Below are positions 1 to 8,612 of a DNA stretch of 64,000 nt, one piece after another (position 1 is the first letter of the stretch; each line of letters begins with the position of its first letter). The DNA lies in the NCBI GenBank assembly GCA_041393535.1, contig JAWKJY010000010.1, positions 50,363 through 114,362 on the forward strand, given 5' to 3'. The DNA is from Thermoleophilia bacterium (GTDB taxonomy: Bacteria > Actinomycetota > Thermoleophilia > Gaiellales > Gaiellaceae). The notes beneath the pieces were generated by a model. It made no database searches, was not told the origin of the DNA, and saw only the letters and a list, made by a program, of their open reading frames with translations. The translations under genes and the position numbers were made by a program.

Positions 1-2
1 CC

Positions 3-1013
3 GGCTTCGCAGGCGTCGCCACGCTCCCGGACAGCTTCGCGTCGAAGCAGGGCTTCCAGCTGATCGACGCGGAGTTCGGCTACGCGGACGCCGACCCGGT
101 CGAGATCGTGCTCGACGGCGACGTCCGCTCGGCAGCGGGCGAGCGCGGGATCGCGGCGCTGACCGCCGCGCTCGCCGGCGACGACGCGTTCGGCCCGGCC
201 GAGGCGCCGCTCGTGGCGGCCGACGGGCGCACGGCGCTGCTGCGCGTGCCCCTGGCGGGCGACGGCTCGTCGCGCGGCGCGCTCGACGCCGTCGACCGCC
301 TCCGCGACGACCTCGCGCCGGCGGCGCTCGACGGCACCGGCGTGCGGGCGCTGGTGGGCGGCACGACGGCCGAGAACCTCGACTTCACGCACGTGACGGA
401 CACGTACCTGCCGATCGTGATCGCGCTCGTGCTCGGGCTCTCGTTCGTCCTGCTCGCGATCGCCTTCCGCTCCCTGGTCGTCCCGGCCACGTCGATCGTG
501 ATGAACCTGCTCTCCGTCGGCGCGGCCTACGGGCTGATGGTGCTCGTCTTCCAGCACGGCTGGCTCGCGAGCACGCTCGGCTTCCAGCAGGTGGAGACGA
601 TCGAGGCGTGGATCCCGCTGTTCCTGTTCAGCGTGCTCTTCGGCCTCTCGATGGACTACCACGTCTTCCTGCTCAGCCGGATCCGCGAGCGCTACGACCT
701 GACGCGCGACAACGCGGGCTCGATCGCGTTCGGCGTCGGCTCCACGGCCCGGATCATCACGGGCGCCGCGCTGATCATGGTCGCGGTCTTCGGCGGCTTC
801 GCGGCCGGCGAGCTGGTCATGTTCCAGCAGATGGGCTTCGGCCTCGGCGTGGCGGTGCTGCTCGACGCAACGGTCGTTCGCACGGTGCTCGTCCCTGCCG
901 TGATGCGGCTCCTGGGAGACCGCAACTGGTACCTGCCGCGCCGGCTCGAGTGGCTGCCGCGGCTCGAGGTCGAGGCCGCGCGCGAGCCCCGGCCGGGCGC
1001 CGCCTCCCGCTGA
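3..1013 (+). CDS. MMPL/RND-superfamily membrane transporter, C-terminal part (5' end lies outside the window)
   Basis: Frame 3 is open from base 3. Product has an MMPL-type TM bundle (GLSMDYHVFLLSRIRE, ALIMVAVFGGF, LLDATVVRTVLVPAVMRLLGDRNWYLP). High GC3. Confidence 0.8.
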   Translation, partial: GFAGVATLPDSFASKQGFQLIDAEFGYADADPVEIVLDGDVRSAAGERGIAALTAALAGDDAFGPAEAPLVAADGRTALLRVPLAGDGSSRGALDAVDRLRDDLAPAALDGTGVRALVGGTTAENLDFTHVTDTYLPIVIALVLGLSFVLLAIAFRSLVVPATSIVMNLLSVGAAYGLMVLVFQHGWLASTLGFQQVETIEAWIPLFLFSVLFGLSMDYHVFLLSRIRERYDLTRDNAGSIAFGVGSTARIITGAALIMVAVFGGFAAGELVMFQQMGFGLGVAVLLDATVVRTVLVPAVMRLLGDRNWYLPRRLEWLPRLEVEAAREPRPGAASR

Positions 1014-1168
1014 CCCGGGGCCCTGGACCCGGAGCCCGGGGCGGGCGGCCGGCGAGCCGCCCGCCCCGCCGGCGCGGCTGCTCGCGGCGGAGCGGGCCGA
1101 TCGCAGGTCACGCCGACCGCAGGGCGGACGCGCAGCCCCCGGTCGCGCCGACGCCCCGCCGCTCCCAC

Positions 1169-1242
1169 GTGACGGAGTCGGCGCACGCCGGCGCGCCTTC
1201 CGGCACGGTCCCGTCACCCACCCGTGACGGCTTGGCGCGTAC
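1169..1242 (+). repeat. palindrome-containing conserved motif, copy 1 (between MMPL and nei, convergent)
   Basis: GTGACGG...TTCCGGCACGGTCCCGTCACCCACCCGTGACGGCTTGGCGCGTAC. Confidence 0.45.
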
Positions 1243-1343
1243 CCTCCCCCGGGTGGTGGGCGGGGGGCCGGGTCCGCGTCTGCGGACGCCCGTCGCGCGC
1301 AGGCGGCTGGCCGGCCGACCGGGGACTCCGTTGCGGCCGCCGC

Positions 1344-2120
1344 TCAGCGCCCGCGACGGGCGGCGCCGGTACCCGGCGCGCGGGGCGGCTCCGGGCCCGG
1401 CTGGCACGTCGGGCACCACGAGATCGTGCGCGCCTGCTCGCCGAGGCGCCGCGACGCGATCGGCGTGCCGCAGCGCCGGCACGGGAGCCCCGCCCGGCCG
1501 TAGGCCCAGCGGGCGCCGCGGCCCGCCTTCATCGCGTCAGACGCCGCGACGACGACCCGCTCGACCAGCTCGTCCGTCGCCTCGCCGATCTGCACGAACG
1601 GCGACGCGCCGGCGAGGAAGAGCGCCTCGGCGCGCCACAGGTTCCCGATCCCGGCGACGCAGCGCTGATCGAGCAGCGCGTCCGCCAGGTGCCGCGCCGG
1701 CTCGCCCGCCCGCAGGCGCGCGACGATCCCGGCGAGATCGAGCGGCTCCGCGAGGACGTCCGGCCCGAGGCGCTCGACCGCGCCGCGCCCGAGCTCCAGC
1801 ACCGGCCCGTGCCAGAGGACGGCCTCGTGCTCGACGCCGCGCAGGACGAGCCACGGCAGCCCGCGCCCGCGACGGGCGCCGACCGGGCCGACGTGCCAGC
1901 GCCCCCGCATCATCAGGTGGCTGCGCAGGACGAGCCCGCCCTCGAACGAGAGCAGGAGGTTCTTGCCGACGGCCTCGACGCGCTCCAGCACGCGGCCGTC
2001 CAGACGCGGCGCCAGGCCGAGCGCCGCCGCGCGCGGATGCGGCGACTCGACCGCGACGCGCTGGCCGACCAGGACGGAGACGCGCTCGGCCGCTCGGCGG
2101 AGGCTGTCGCCCTCGGGCAC
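1344..2120 (-). CDS. Fpg/Nei-family DNA glycosylase (endonuclease VIII-like)
   Basis: Starts MPEGD (catalytic Pro after Met). H2TH segment LLDQRCVAGIGNLWRAEALF. C-terminal zinc finger CRRCGTPI...WCPTCQ. Confidence 0.85.
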   Translation of the reverse strand: MPEGDSLRRAAERVSVLVGQRVAVESPHPRAAALGLAPRLDGRVLERVEAVGKNLLLSFEGGLVLRSHLMMRGRWHVGPVGARRGRGLPWLVLRGVEHEAVLWHGPVLELGRGAVERLGPDVLAEPLDLAGIVARLRAGEPARHLADALLDQRCVAGIGNLWRAEALFLAGASPFVQIGEATDELVERVVVAASDAMKAGRGARWAYGRAGLPCRRCGTPIASRRLGEQARTISWCPTCQPGPEPPRAPGTGAARRGR

Positions 2121-2147
2121 GGCGCCCCGCCCCCTCCGGTCGCGCCG

Positions 2148-2747
2148 TCAGGCCGCCCGGCGCGCGCGGACGAGCGTGTCGATCGCGTCGCGCGTGCCGC
2201 CCTCGACCTCGACCGGGCGGAGCACCGTCCCGGCCCGCTCGACCACCAGCCCGGCGAGCTCTCCCGCGACCGCGTCCGCAGTTATCAGCACGGCCGGGCT
2301 GGACGGCCCGCCCACGCCCTGCTCGAGGTTCGCCAGGTCGTGGCCGACCACGAGCAGCGTGCCGCCGGGCGCGACCGCCCGGGCCGCGTTCGCGAGCGCG
2401 AGGCGCCGCTCGTCGGCCGGCAGCTGCAGGTAGAGGACGCACACCAGGTCGAACGCCGCGACCGGCGGCTCCCACGCGGTCGCGTCGGCCTCGACCCACT
2501 CGACCGCGACGCCGCGTGCCTCGGCGAGCCGCGCCGCCTTGCCGAGCGCGACGGGCGAGAAGTCGGCCCCCGTCACCTGCCAGCCCTGCTCCGCGAGCCA
2601 GACCGCGTTCCGGCCCTCCCCGCACGCGAGATCCAGCGCGCGCCCGGGCACGAGCCCCTCGACCTCCTGCACGAGGAAGCGGTTCGGCGTCGCCGTCCAG
2701 AGCAGCTCCGTCCCCTCGTAGCGGCGGTCCCAGTCGTCGCGGTCCAT
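2148..2747 (-). CDS. class I SAM-dependent methyltransferase
   Basis: Start moved from the ORF-track start to MDRDDW (ATG at 2747). SAM motif I LDLACGEGRNAVWLA. The upstream ORF extension is low-complexity. Confidence 0.8.
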   Translation of the reverse strand: MDRDDWDRRYEGTELLWTATPNRFLVQEVEGLVPGRALDLACGEGRNAVWLAEQGWQVTGADFSPVALGKAARLAEARGVAVEWVEADATAWEPPVAAFDLVCVLYLQLPADERRLALANAARAVAPGGTLLVVGHDLANLEQGVGGPSSPAVLITADAVAGELAGLVVERAGTVLRPVEVEGGTRDAIDTLVRARRAA

Positions 2748-2865
2748 GCGCCCATGATGCCCGAGCCGGCCACGGCACCCGGCGGACGGTGCGATGTATC
2801 CCTCCGGCCCGGTTCCTCGTCCATGTGGTGGAATCGAGAACGCGACCGAAGGAGGAGTGGTCACG

Positions 2866-3084
2866 ATGGCACGCAACATGGGGAATCTCGACCGCGGCCT
2901 GCGCCTGGTGGTGGCGGTGGTGGCGCTGATCGTCGGCATCGTCATCGGCGCCGGCAGCGTCGGCGGGATCGTCCTGATCGTCATCGCCGCGATCATGGGC
3001 GGCACGAGCCTCGTCGGCTTCTGCCCGCTCTACCCGCTCCTCCGCGTCAACACGTGCCCGCGCAAGCCGACGGCCGGGGCCTGA
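2866..3084 (+). CDS. DUF2892 (YgaP-like) small membrane protein
   Basis: ATG 2866 follows GGAGGAG. Two TM helices and a GFCPLY motif. Confidence 0.7.
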   Translation: MARNMGNLDRGLRLVVAVVALIVGIVIGAGSVGGIVLIVIAAIMGGTSLVGFCPLYPLLRVNTCPRKPTAGA

Positions 3085-3094
3085 GCCGGACCGG

Positions 3095-3928
3095 ATGGGG
3101 ACGGCCGACGACGAGCAGCAGCCCGGTCCGGCGCGCGGCACCGCCGCGGCCGGCCCGGGCCTCCTCGATCCGACCGCGCTGGGCGAGCTCGCGCGTCTGC
3201 ACGGGCCGGGCCTCTACCGCTTCGCGCTCTCCCTCGTCCGCGACCCCGACGCCGCGGACGACCTCGTCCAGGACACGTTCGTCCGGGCCCTCTCGCGGCT
3301 GGACGGCTTCCGCGGCGACAGCTCGCCGCGGACGTGGCTGCACCGGATCCTCCACAACCTCGCCATCGACCGGGCGCGCCGGGCCGGCCGCGAGGTGCTC
3401 GTGGACGAGGTCGAGGAGCGCTGGCAGGACGACGCGTACACCGTCGACAGCGAGGTCGTGATCGTGCGCGCCGAGCGCCGCGACGAGCTCGAGGACGCGC
3501 TGATCCACCTGCCGTTCGCCTACCGGGCGGTGATCCTCCTGCACGACGTCGAGGGCTGGAGGCTCGCGGAGATCGCGGACAGCCTCGGGATCGGCCTGCC
3601 CGCGGCGAAGCAGCGGCTGCGGCGCGGGCGCATGGCGCTCGTCACGCTGCTCGCGGCCGGTGCCGACCGGCGCGCGGCGCTGGAGGGTGTCCCGCTGAGC
3701 TGCTGGGAGGCGCGCGCCCGGGTCGGCGAGTACCTCGACGACGAGCTCGCCCTGTCCGAGCGGACGCGCCTCGAGCGTCACCTCGAGACCTGCCCGACCT
3801 GCCCGGGGCTCTACACGTCGCTCGTCGGCGTCCGCGCGAGCCTCGGCTCCCTGCGCGACCCCGACACCGTCGTCGCGCCCGGGCTGGCCGCGCGCATCGA
3901 GCGGCGGCTGCGCGGGTCGGACGCCTGA
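3095..3928 (+). CDS. ECF sigma-70 family factor with a C-terminally fused zf-HC2 (ZAS) anti-sigma-like domain
   Basis: Region 2 (DLVQDTFVRAL, WLHRILHNLAIDRAR) and region 4 (VILLHDVEGWRLAEIADSLGIGLPAAKQRLRRGR), then HLETCPTC (H-x3-C-x2-C) in the same ORF. No TM segment. Confidence 0.85.
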   Translation: MGTADDEQQPGPARGTAAAGPGLLDPTALGELARLHGPGLYRFALSLVRDPDAADDLVQDTFVRALSRLDGFRGDSSPRTWLHRILHNLAIDRARRAGREVLVDEVEERWQDDAYTVDSEVVIVRAERRDELEDALIHLPFAYRAVILLHDVEGWRLAEIADSLGIGLPAAKQRLRRGRMALVTLLAAGADRRAALEGVPLSCWEARARVGEYLDDELALSERTRLERHLETCPTCPGLYTSLVGVRASLGSLRDPDTVVAPGLAARIERRLRGSDA

Positions 3929-3931
3929 CGT

Positions 3932-4849
3932 CTACTCCTCGACGGGCCAGTCGTCGCCGGTCGGCTCGATCGGCGGCGGTGGCGGGATCTCGCCGTCTTC
4001 CTCGGGATCGACGGCCGGAGGATCGGCCGGCGGGCCGTCCTCGTCCGCGCCCGTCGTCTCGATCGACTGCGCGGAGTCGTCCTCGTCGCCCCAGGACGTC
4101 CACTCGTCGTCGCCCCAGTCGCCGTCCCCGGGGACGTCGCCGAGGAGCCAGGCGTCGAGGAGCAGCAGCGTGCCGTCGGCGGCCACCTCCGCGACGACGC
4201 CGACCTCGTCTCCCTCGACGAGCTCCGACACGTCGACGTCCTCGGTCAGCGCGAGCTCGATCGGGCCGCCGGGCGCCTCGAGCGCGAGCGTCTCCCCGTC
4301 GATCCGGGCGACGACGCCGTCGAGCTCGACCTCGCCGACCCGCTCCACCTGGGTCACGCGCTCGGCCGTCGCGCCAGCCCGTGCGAGCCGCAGCTCGAAC
4401 GTCGCCTCGGCCCCGGGCCGGAGCGCGGTCGACGCGGACGGGCCGCGCTTGCCGCGTCGCGCGGAGAGCTTCACCGACACGAGCGAGCCGCCCGCCGCGA
4501 GCAGCACGCGCTTGCCGCGTGCCGGCAGCGCGACGACGACCGCCCGGATCGAGGCCCTGGGCGCGCGCCCGATCGTGCGCAGCGCCGTCGCCGAGAACGA
4601 GCCGTCGCCGAGCGAGTGCCCCGTCAGCGAGACCCGGCTGCCGAGCTGGAGCGACGCGATCCGTCCCGGCGCGTGGACGGTGCGGACGGCGCCTCCCCCA
4701 GACGCGGCCAGCACCGTCCCGCGCGCCAGGTCCTTGCCGACGACCACGCCCTGGAGGCTCGCCGCCGGGGCGAGCGCGGGCAGCGCCAGGGCCGCCGCGC
4801 CGAGGGCGGCGGCGACGAGCGCGCGGGTGGACGTGGAGGTTCGCTTCAT
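3932..4849 (-). CDS. secreted protein of unknown function with an acidic Pro-rich C-terminus
   Basis: Start moved to MKRTSTSTRALVAAALGAAALALPALAPAAS (signal peptide). Gly/Val-rich body, DE/P-rich tail. No family recognised. Confidence 0.6.
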   Translation of the reverse strand: MKRTSTSTRALVAAALGAAALALPALAPAASLQGVVVGKDLARGTVLAASGGGAVRTVHAPGRIASLQLGSRVSLTGHSLGDGSFSATALRTIGRAPRASIRAVVVALPARGKRVLLAAGGSLVSVKLSARRGKRGPSASTALRPGAEATFELRLARAGATAERVTQVERVGEVELDGVVARIDGETLALEAPGGPIELALTEDVDVSELVEGDEVGVVAEVAADGTLLLLDAWLLGDVPGDGDWGDDEWTSWGDEDDSAQSIETTGADEDGPPADPPAVDPEEDGEIPPPPPIEPTGDDWPVEE

Positions 4850-4902
4850 GGCCGCAGGGGCGGATCGCCCCAGGCCTGCATCGGCCGGGGGCGCCTGCGG
4901 CA

Positions 4903-4928
4903 CACCGCCCGTTCGAGGGATCCTGCGC
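4903..4928 (-). promoter_or_regulatory. 26-nt conserved upstream motif, copy A (54 nt upstream of the secreted-protein gene next to the ECF sigma)
   Basis: Minus strand: GCGCAGGATCCCTCGAACGGGCGGTG. Confidence 0.35.
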
Positions 4929-4934
4929 TCGGCG

Positions 4935-6011
4935 CTACGCCGCGGGGATCGCGACGACGCCCGGCAGGTCGCGTCCCTCGAGCAGCTCGAGGGACGCGCC
5001 GCCGCCGGTCGAGACCCACCCGATCCGGTCGGCGAGCCCGAGCTCGATCGCGCGAACCGAGTCGCCGCCGCCGACGACGGACCGCCCGCTCGACGCGGCG
5101 ACGGCCTCCGCGATCGCGCGCGTGCCCTCGGCGAAGCGCGGCCACTCGAAGACGCCCATCGGCCCGTTCCAGAAGATCGTCCGCGCCTGGCCGATCCGCT
5201 CGGCGTAGCGCGCCCGGGTCTCCGGCCCGACGTCGAGGCCGAGCCAGCCGCCCGGGACGGCGTCCCACGCCGTCACCCGCGACTCGGCGTCCGCCTCGAA
5301 GGCGGCCGCAGCGACGACGTCGGACGGCAGCAGCACCTCCGCGTCGACGCCGTCGAGGTCGTCCCGCGCGCGCAGCTCGTCCGCCATCTTGCCGCCGATC
5401 AGGAGGACGTCGGCCTTCCCTGCCAGCGTGCGGAGCACCCCGACCTTGTCGTCGACCTTCGCCCCGCCGACGATCGCGACGAACGGCCGCTCGGGCGCCG
5501 TGAGCAGGCCGCCGAGCTCGTCGAGCTCGCGCTCGAGCAGCAGGCCGGCGTAGGCGGGCAGCAGGTGCGCGACGCCCTCGGTCGAGGCGTGCGCGCGGTG
5601 CGCGGAGCCGAACGCGTCGTTCACGTAGAGGTCGCACCCCGCCGCGAGCTCGCCCGCGAACGCCGGGTCGTTCGCGGTCTCCCGCGCGTCGAAGCGAACG
5701 TTCTCGAGCAGCGTCAGCGGCGCGGCGCGGTCGTCGAAGGCGACCGGGCGCCCGAGCAGCTCGCCGGCCCGCTCCGCGACGACCGCGAGGGAGTACCTCG
5801 GATCGGGCCCGTCCTTCGGGCGGCCGAGGTGCGAGCAGAGCAGCACCTGCGCCGCGCCGCCGTCGAGCAGCAGCCGGATCGTCGGCAGGGCCGCGCGGAT
5901 CCGCGTGTCGTCCGCGACGCGGCCCTCCGCCAGCGGGACGTTGAAGTCGACGCGAACCAGCACGCGCCTGTCCGCGACGTCGACGCCGCGAATCGACCGT
6001 GGACGATGCAC
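4935..6011 (-). CDS. pgk: phosphoglycerate kinase
   Basis: VRVDFNVPL, LCSHLGRPKDG, FWNGPMGVFE, STGGGASLELLEG. Confidence 0.95.
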   Translation of the reverse strand: MHRPRSIRGVDVADRRVLVRVDFNVPLAEGRVADDTRIRAALPTIRLLLDGGAAQVLLCSHLGRPKDGPDPRYSLAVVAERAGELLGRPVAFDDRAAPLTLLENVRFDARETANDPAFAGELAAGCDLYVNDAFGSAHRAHASTEGVAHLLPAYAGLLLERELDELGGLLTAPERPFVAIVGGAKVDDKVGVLRTLAGKADVLLIGGKMADELRARDDLDGVDAEVLLPSDVVAAAAFEADAESRVTAWDAVPGGWLGLDVGPETRARYAERIGQARTIFWNGPMGVFEWPRFAEGTRAIAEAVAASSGRSVVGGGDSVRAIELGLADRIGWVSTGGGASLELLEGRDLPGVVAIPAA

Positions 6012-6030
6012 CCCTGCCTCCTCCTCCGCC

Positions 6031-7026
6031 TCAGAGCCGCTGGACGAGATCGACCAGGCGGCAGCTGTAGCCCCACTCGTTGTCGTACCAGGCGAACACC
6101 TTGACGAGGTCGCCGAACGTCATGGTCAGCTCGCTGTCGAACACGCAGGAGTACGGGCTCCCGATCACGTCCGACGAGACGAGCGGCTCGTCCGAGTAGC
6201 GGAGGATGCCGGCGAGCTGGCCCTGGTCCGCGACGGCGCGCAGCGCCGCGTTCACGTCCTCCCGCGTCGGGCTCTGCTGGAGCTCGACGACGAGGTCGAC
6301 GAGCGAGCCCGTCGGCACCGGCGCGCGCACGGCGACGCCGTCGATCTTCCCCGCGAGCTCGGGGATGACGACGCCGATCGCCCGCGCGGCGCCCGTCGAG
6401 GTCGGGATCAGGTTGATCGCCGCCGCCCGGGCGCGCCGCAGGTCCTTGTGGGGCAGGTCGAGGATCCGCTGGTCGTTCGTGTACGCGTGCGTCGTCGTCA
6501 TGAAGCCGTCGATGATCCCGAAGCTGTCGTGGATCACCTTCGCGAGCGGGGCGACGCAGTTCGTCGTGCACGAGGCCATCGAGACGATCCGGTGCGCGTC
6601 CGGGTCGTAGGCGTCGTCGTTGACGCCGAGGACGACGGTCACGTCCGGGTCGGTCGCGGGCGCCGAGATGACGACGCGCTGCGCGCCCGCGTCGAGGTGC
6701 TGCTGGGCCTCGTCGCGCGTGCGGAACTTCCCGGTCGACTCGATCACGACGTCGACCCCCAGGTCACCCCACGGGATCCGGGACGGCTCCTTCTCGCTCA
6801 GCACGTGCGCCTGGCGTCCGGCCGCCGTGATCGTCCCGTCGCCGACGGACACCTCGCCGTCGAGCGGCCCGTAGACCGAGTCGTACTTGAGCAGGTGCGC
6901 CATCGTCGCGGCGTCTGCGAGGTCGTTGACCGCCACGATCTCCACGTCCGGCGCTCGCGTCAGCGACGCGCGGAAGACCATGCGGCCGATCCGGCCGAAC
7001 CCGTTGATGCCCACGCGCACGCTCAC
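6031..7026 (-). CDS. gap: glyceraldehyde-3-phosphate dehydrogenase (type I)
   Basis: INGFGRIGR, active site SCTTNC, WYDNEWGYS. Confidence 0.95.
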   Translation of the reverse strand: MSVRVGINGFGRIGRMVFRASLTRAPDVEIVAVNDLADAATMAHLLKYDSVYGPLDGEVSVGDGTITAAGRQAHVLSEKEPSRIPWGDLGVDVVIESTGKFRTRDEAQQHLDAGAQRVVISAPATDPDVTVVLGVNDDAYDPDAHRIVSMASCTTNCVAPLAKVIHDSFGIIDGFMTTTHAYTNDQRILDLPHKDLRRARAAAINLIPTSTGAARAIGVVIPELAGKIDGVAVRAPVPTGSLVDLVVELQQSPTREDVNAALRAVADQGQLAGILRYSDEPLVSSDVIGSPYSCVFDSELTMTFGDLVKVFAWYDNEWGYSCRLVDLVQRL

Positions 7027-7099
7027 TGCAGCCTCCCGCTCGGGGTCGTCCTGGCCTGGTCGATTCTAGCCCCGGCTTCCTGCCGCTCCGACCGGGCGC

Positions 7100-8020
7100 T
7101 CAGGGCTCCCCGAGCTTCTCGAGCCGCTTCAGCCGCCGGTGCACCGCCGCCTTCGTCCGCGGGGGCCGACAGCGCCCCGCAAGCTCGCGCACGGACAGCG
7201 ACGGGTGGCGGAGCCGCAGCTCGGCGACCTCGCGCAGGTCGGGCGGCAGGAGCTCCAGCGAGCCGGCCGCCTGCAGCCGGCGGATCGCGCGGAGCTCGTC
7301 CTGCGCCGAGGCGGTCGTGCGGACGAGGTTCGCATGGTCGGCGTTCGCGAGCCGGTTCGCGTGTGCGCGCGTCTGCGCGACGACGCCGCTCTCGCCGATG
7401 CCGAGCGCGGCCTCCTGCGCGCCCGCGAGGGCGAGCACGTCCGCCACGGCCTCGCGCCCCTTCGCGTAGACGGCCGCGTGCCCGTCCCGCTCGACGACGG
7501 CGAGGCGCAGGTCGTCCTCGCCGCCGAGCTCGACGAGGAAGTCCGCGGCCTCCCGGCTCGAGACGCGGATCTCGAGGTGCGCGTCGCGCGGCCCACTGAC
7601 CGACCCGGCCGCCAGCAGCGCGCCCCGGACGTACGCGGCGCGGCAGCACGACCGCGCGACGACGCGCCGCGGCGGCACCGCGAGCGGCGCGAGGCGGGCG
7701 TCGAGCACGCCCGCCTCCTCGAGCGCCTGCAGCGCGCGGCCCTCGTCGTCCAGGTGGAGCTGGTAGCGCGCCTCCCGGCCGAAGGCGCGCCGGCGGTAGC
7801 TGCGCACCTCGGACGCGACCCCGAACGCGCGCAGCAGCGCGAAGGCGCGCCGCGCCACCGCCGGGCTGGCGACGTCGAGGTGCACCGACAGCCGGCCGCC
7901 GCCGAGCAGGTGCGCCGAGCCGGCGCCGCGGACGAGCGCCGAGGCCTCGGCGAGGCGGCAGCACGGCTTGCGCGGCTCGATCGCCGCCAGCTCGGCCCGC
8001 ACGTCCTCGGACAGGCTCAC
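7100..8020 (-). CDS. whiA: DNA-binding protein WhiA
   Basis: Start set at GTG 8020 (GTGA overlap with the ogt stop). 307 aa with a WhiA-type body and C-terminal HTH (SLSVRELAGRC...KAAVHRRLKRLEKL). The ORF-track extension to 8695 is an artefact. Confidence 0.9.
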   Translation of the reverse strand: MSLSEDVRAELAAIEPRKPCCRLAEASALVRGAGSAHLLGGGRLSVHLDVASPAVARRAFALLRAFGVASEVRSYRRRAFGREARYQLHLDDEGRALQALEEAGVLDARLAPLAVPPRRVVARSCCRAAYVRGALLAAGSVSGPRDAHLEIRVSSREAADFLVELGGEDDLRLAVVERDGHAAVYAKGREAVADVLALAGAQEAALGIGESGVVAQTRAHANRLANADHANLVRTTASAQDELRAIRRLQAAGSLELLPPDLREVAELRLRHPSLSVRELAGRCRPPRTKAAVHRRLKRLEKLGEP

Positions 8021-8499
8021 CCCGGCGTCCAGCCCTCGAGCGCGAGCAGCCGCAGCTTGTAGTCGAGCCCCAGGTCGCCGTACGAGCCGGGCCCGTCCGC
8101 CGCGACCACCCGATGGCACGGCACGAGCACCGCGAAGCGGTTGCGCGCGCAGAACGTCCCGGCCGCACGCGCGGCGCGCGGTCGCCCCGCGAGCCCGGCC
8201 AGCTCGCCGTAGGAGACGACCGACCCGCGCGGGACGCGCCGCAGGGCCGTGCAGAGGCGCTGGCCGAAGGGCGACAGCTCGTCCTCGGCGAGCTCGACGT
8301 CGAGGAAGTCGTCGTGCGCGCCGGCGAACCAGGCCGCCAGCCGGCGCGCGAGCGGATGACCGCTGTCCCGGCCCAGCGGGCGCGCCGCGGGGGCGTCGTG
8401 CCAGACGACGCGCCCGTCGGCGAGCCACAGCTCCCCGACGCCCCAGCCGGGCACCTCGTAGCGATGGCTGACGACCCGTTGACCTCCGCGCTCGACCAC
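8017..8499 (-). CDS. ogt: methylated-DNA--protein-cysteine methyltransferase
   Basis: Active-site PCHRVV, SYGELAGLAG HTH. 160 aa. Confidence 0.85.
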   Translation of the reverse strand: MVERGGQRVVSHRYEVPGWGVGELWLADGRVVWHDAPAARPLGRDSGHPLARRLAAWFAGAHDDFLDVELAEDELSPFGQRLCTALRRVPRGSVVSYGELAGLAGRPRAARAAGTFCARNRFAVLVPCHRVVAADGPGSYGDLGLDYKLRLLALEGWTPG

Positions 8500-8612
8500 G
8501 GCCCGCCCGAATCATGGCGGGAGCGGCGGCCGGCCGGCTTGACGACGGGGAGCCGTGCTGCTTGACTTGCGTCACGTCGGCTCCGGGGCTGACAACTGAG
8601 GGGGACTGCCCT

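Noticed and set aside
608-2929. 773-aa ORF, and similar very long ORFs (7023..10106, 9983..12421, 10111..12870, 24532..28830, 41178..44243, 50475..53372 and others).
   Set aside because: The products are Arg/Pro/Ala/Gly low-complexity strings. They lie out of frame or antisense to clearly recognisable genes. This is a typical artefact of rare stop codons in GC-rich DNA.
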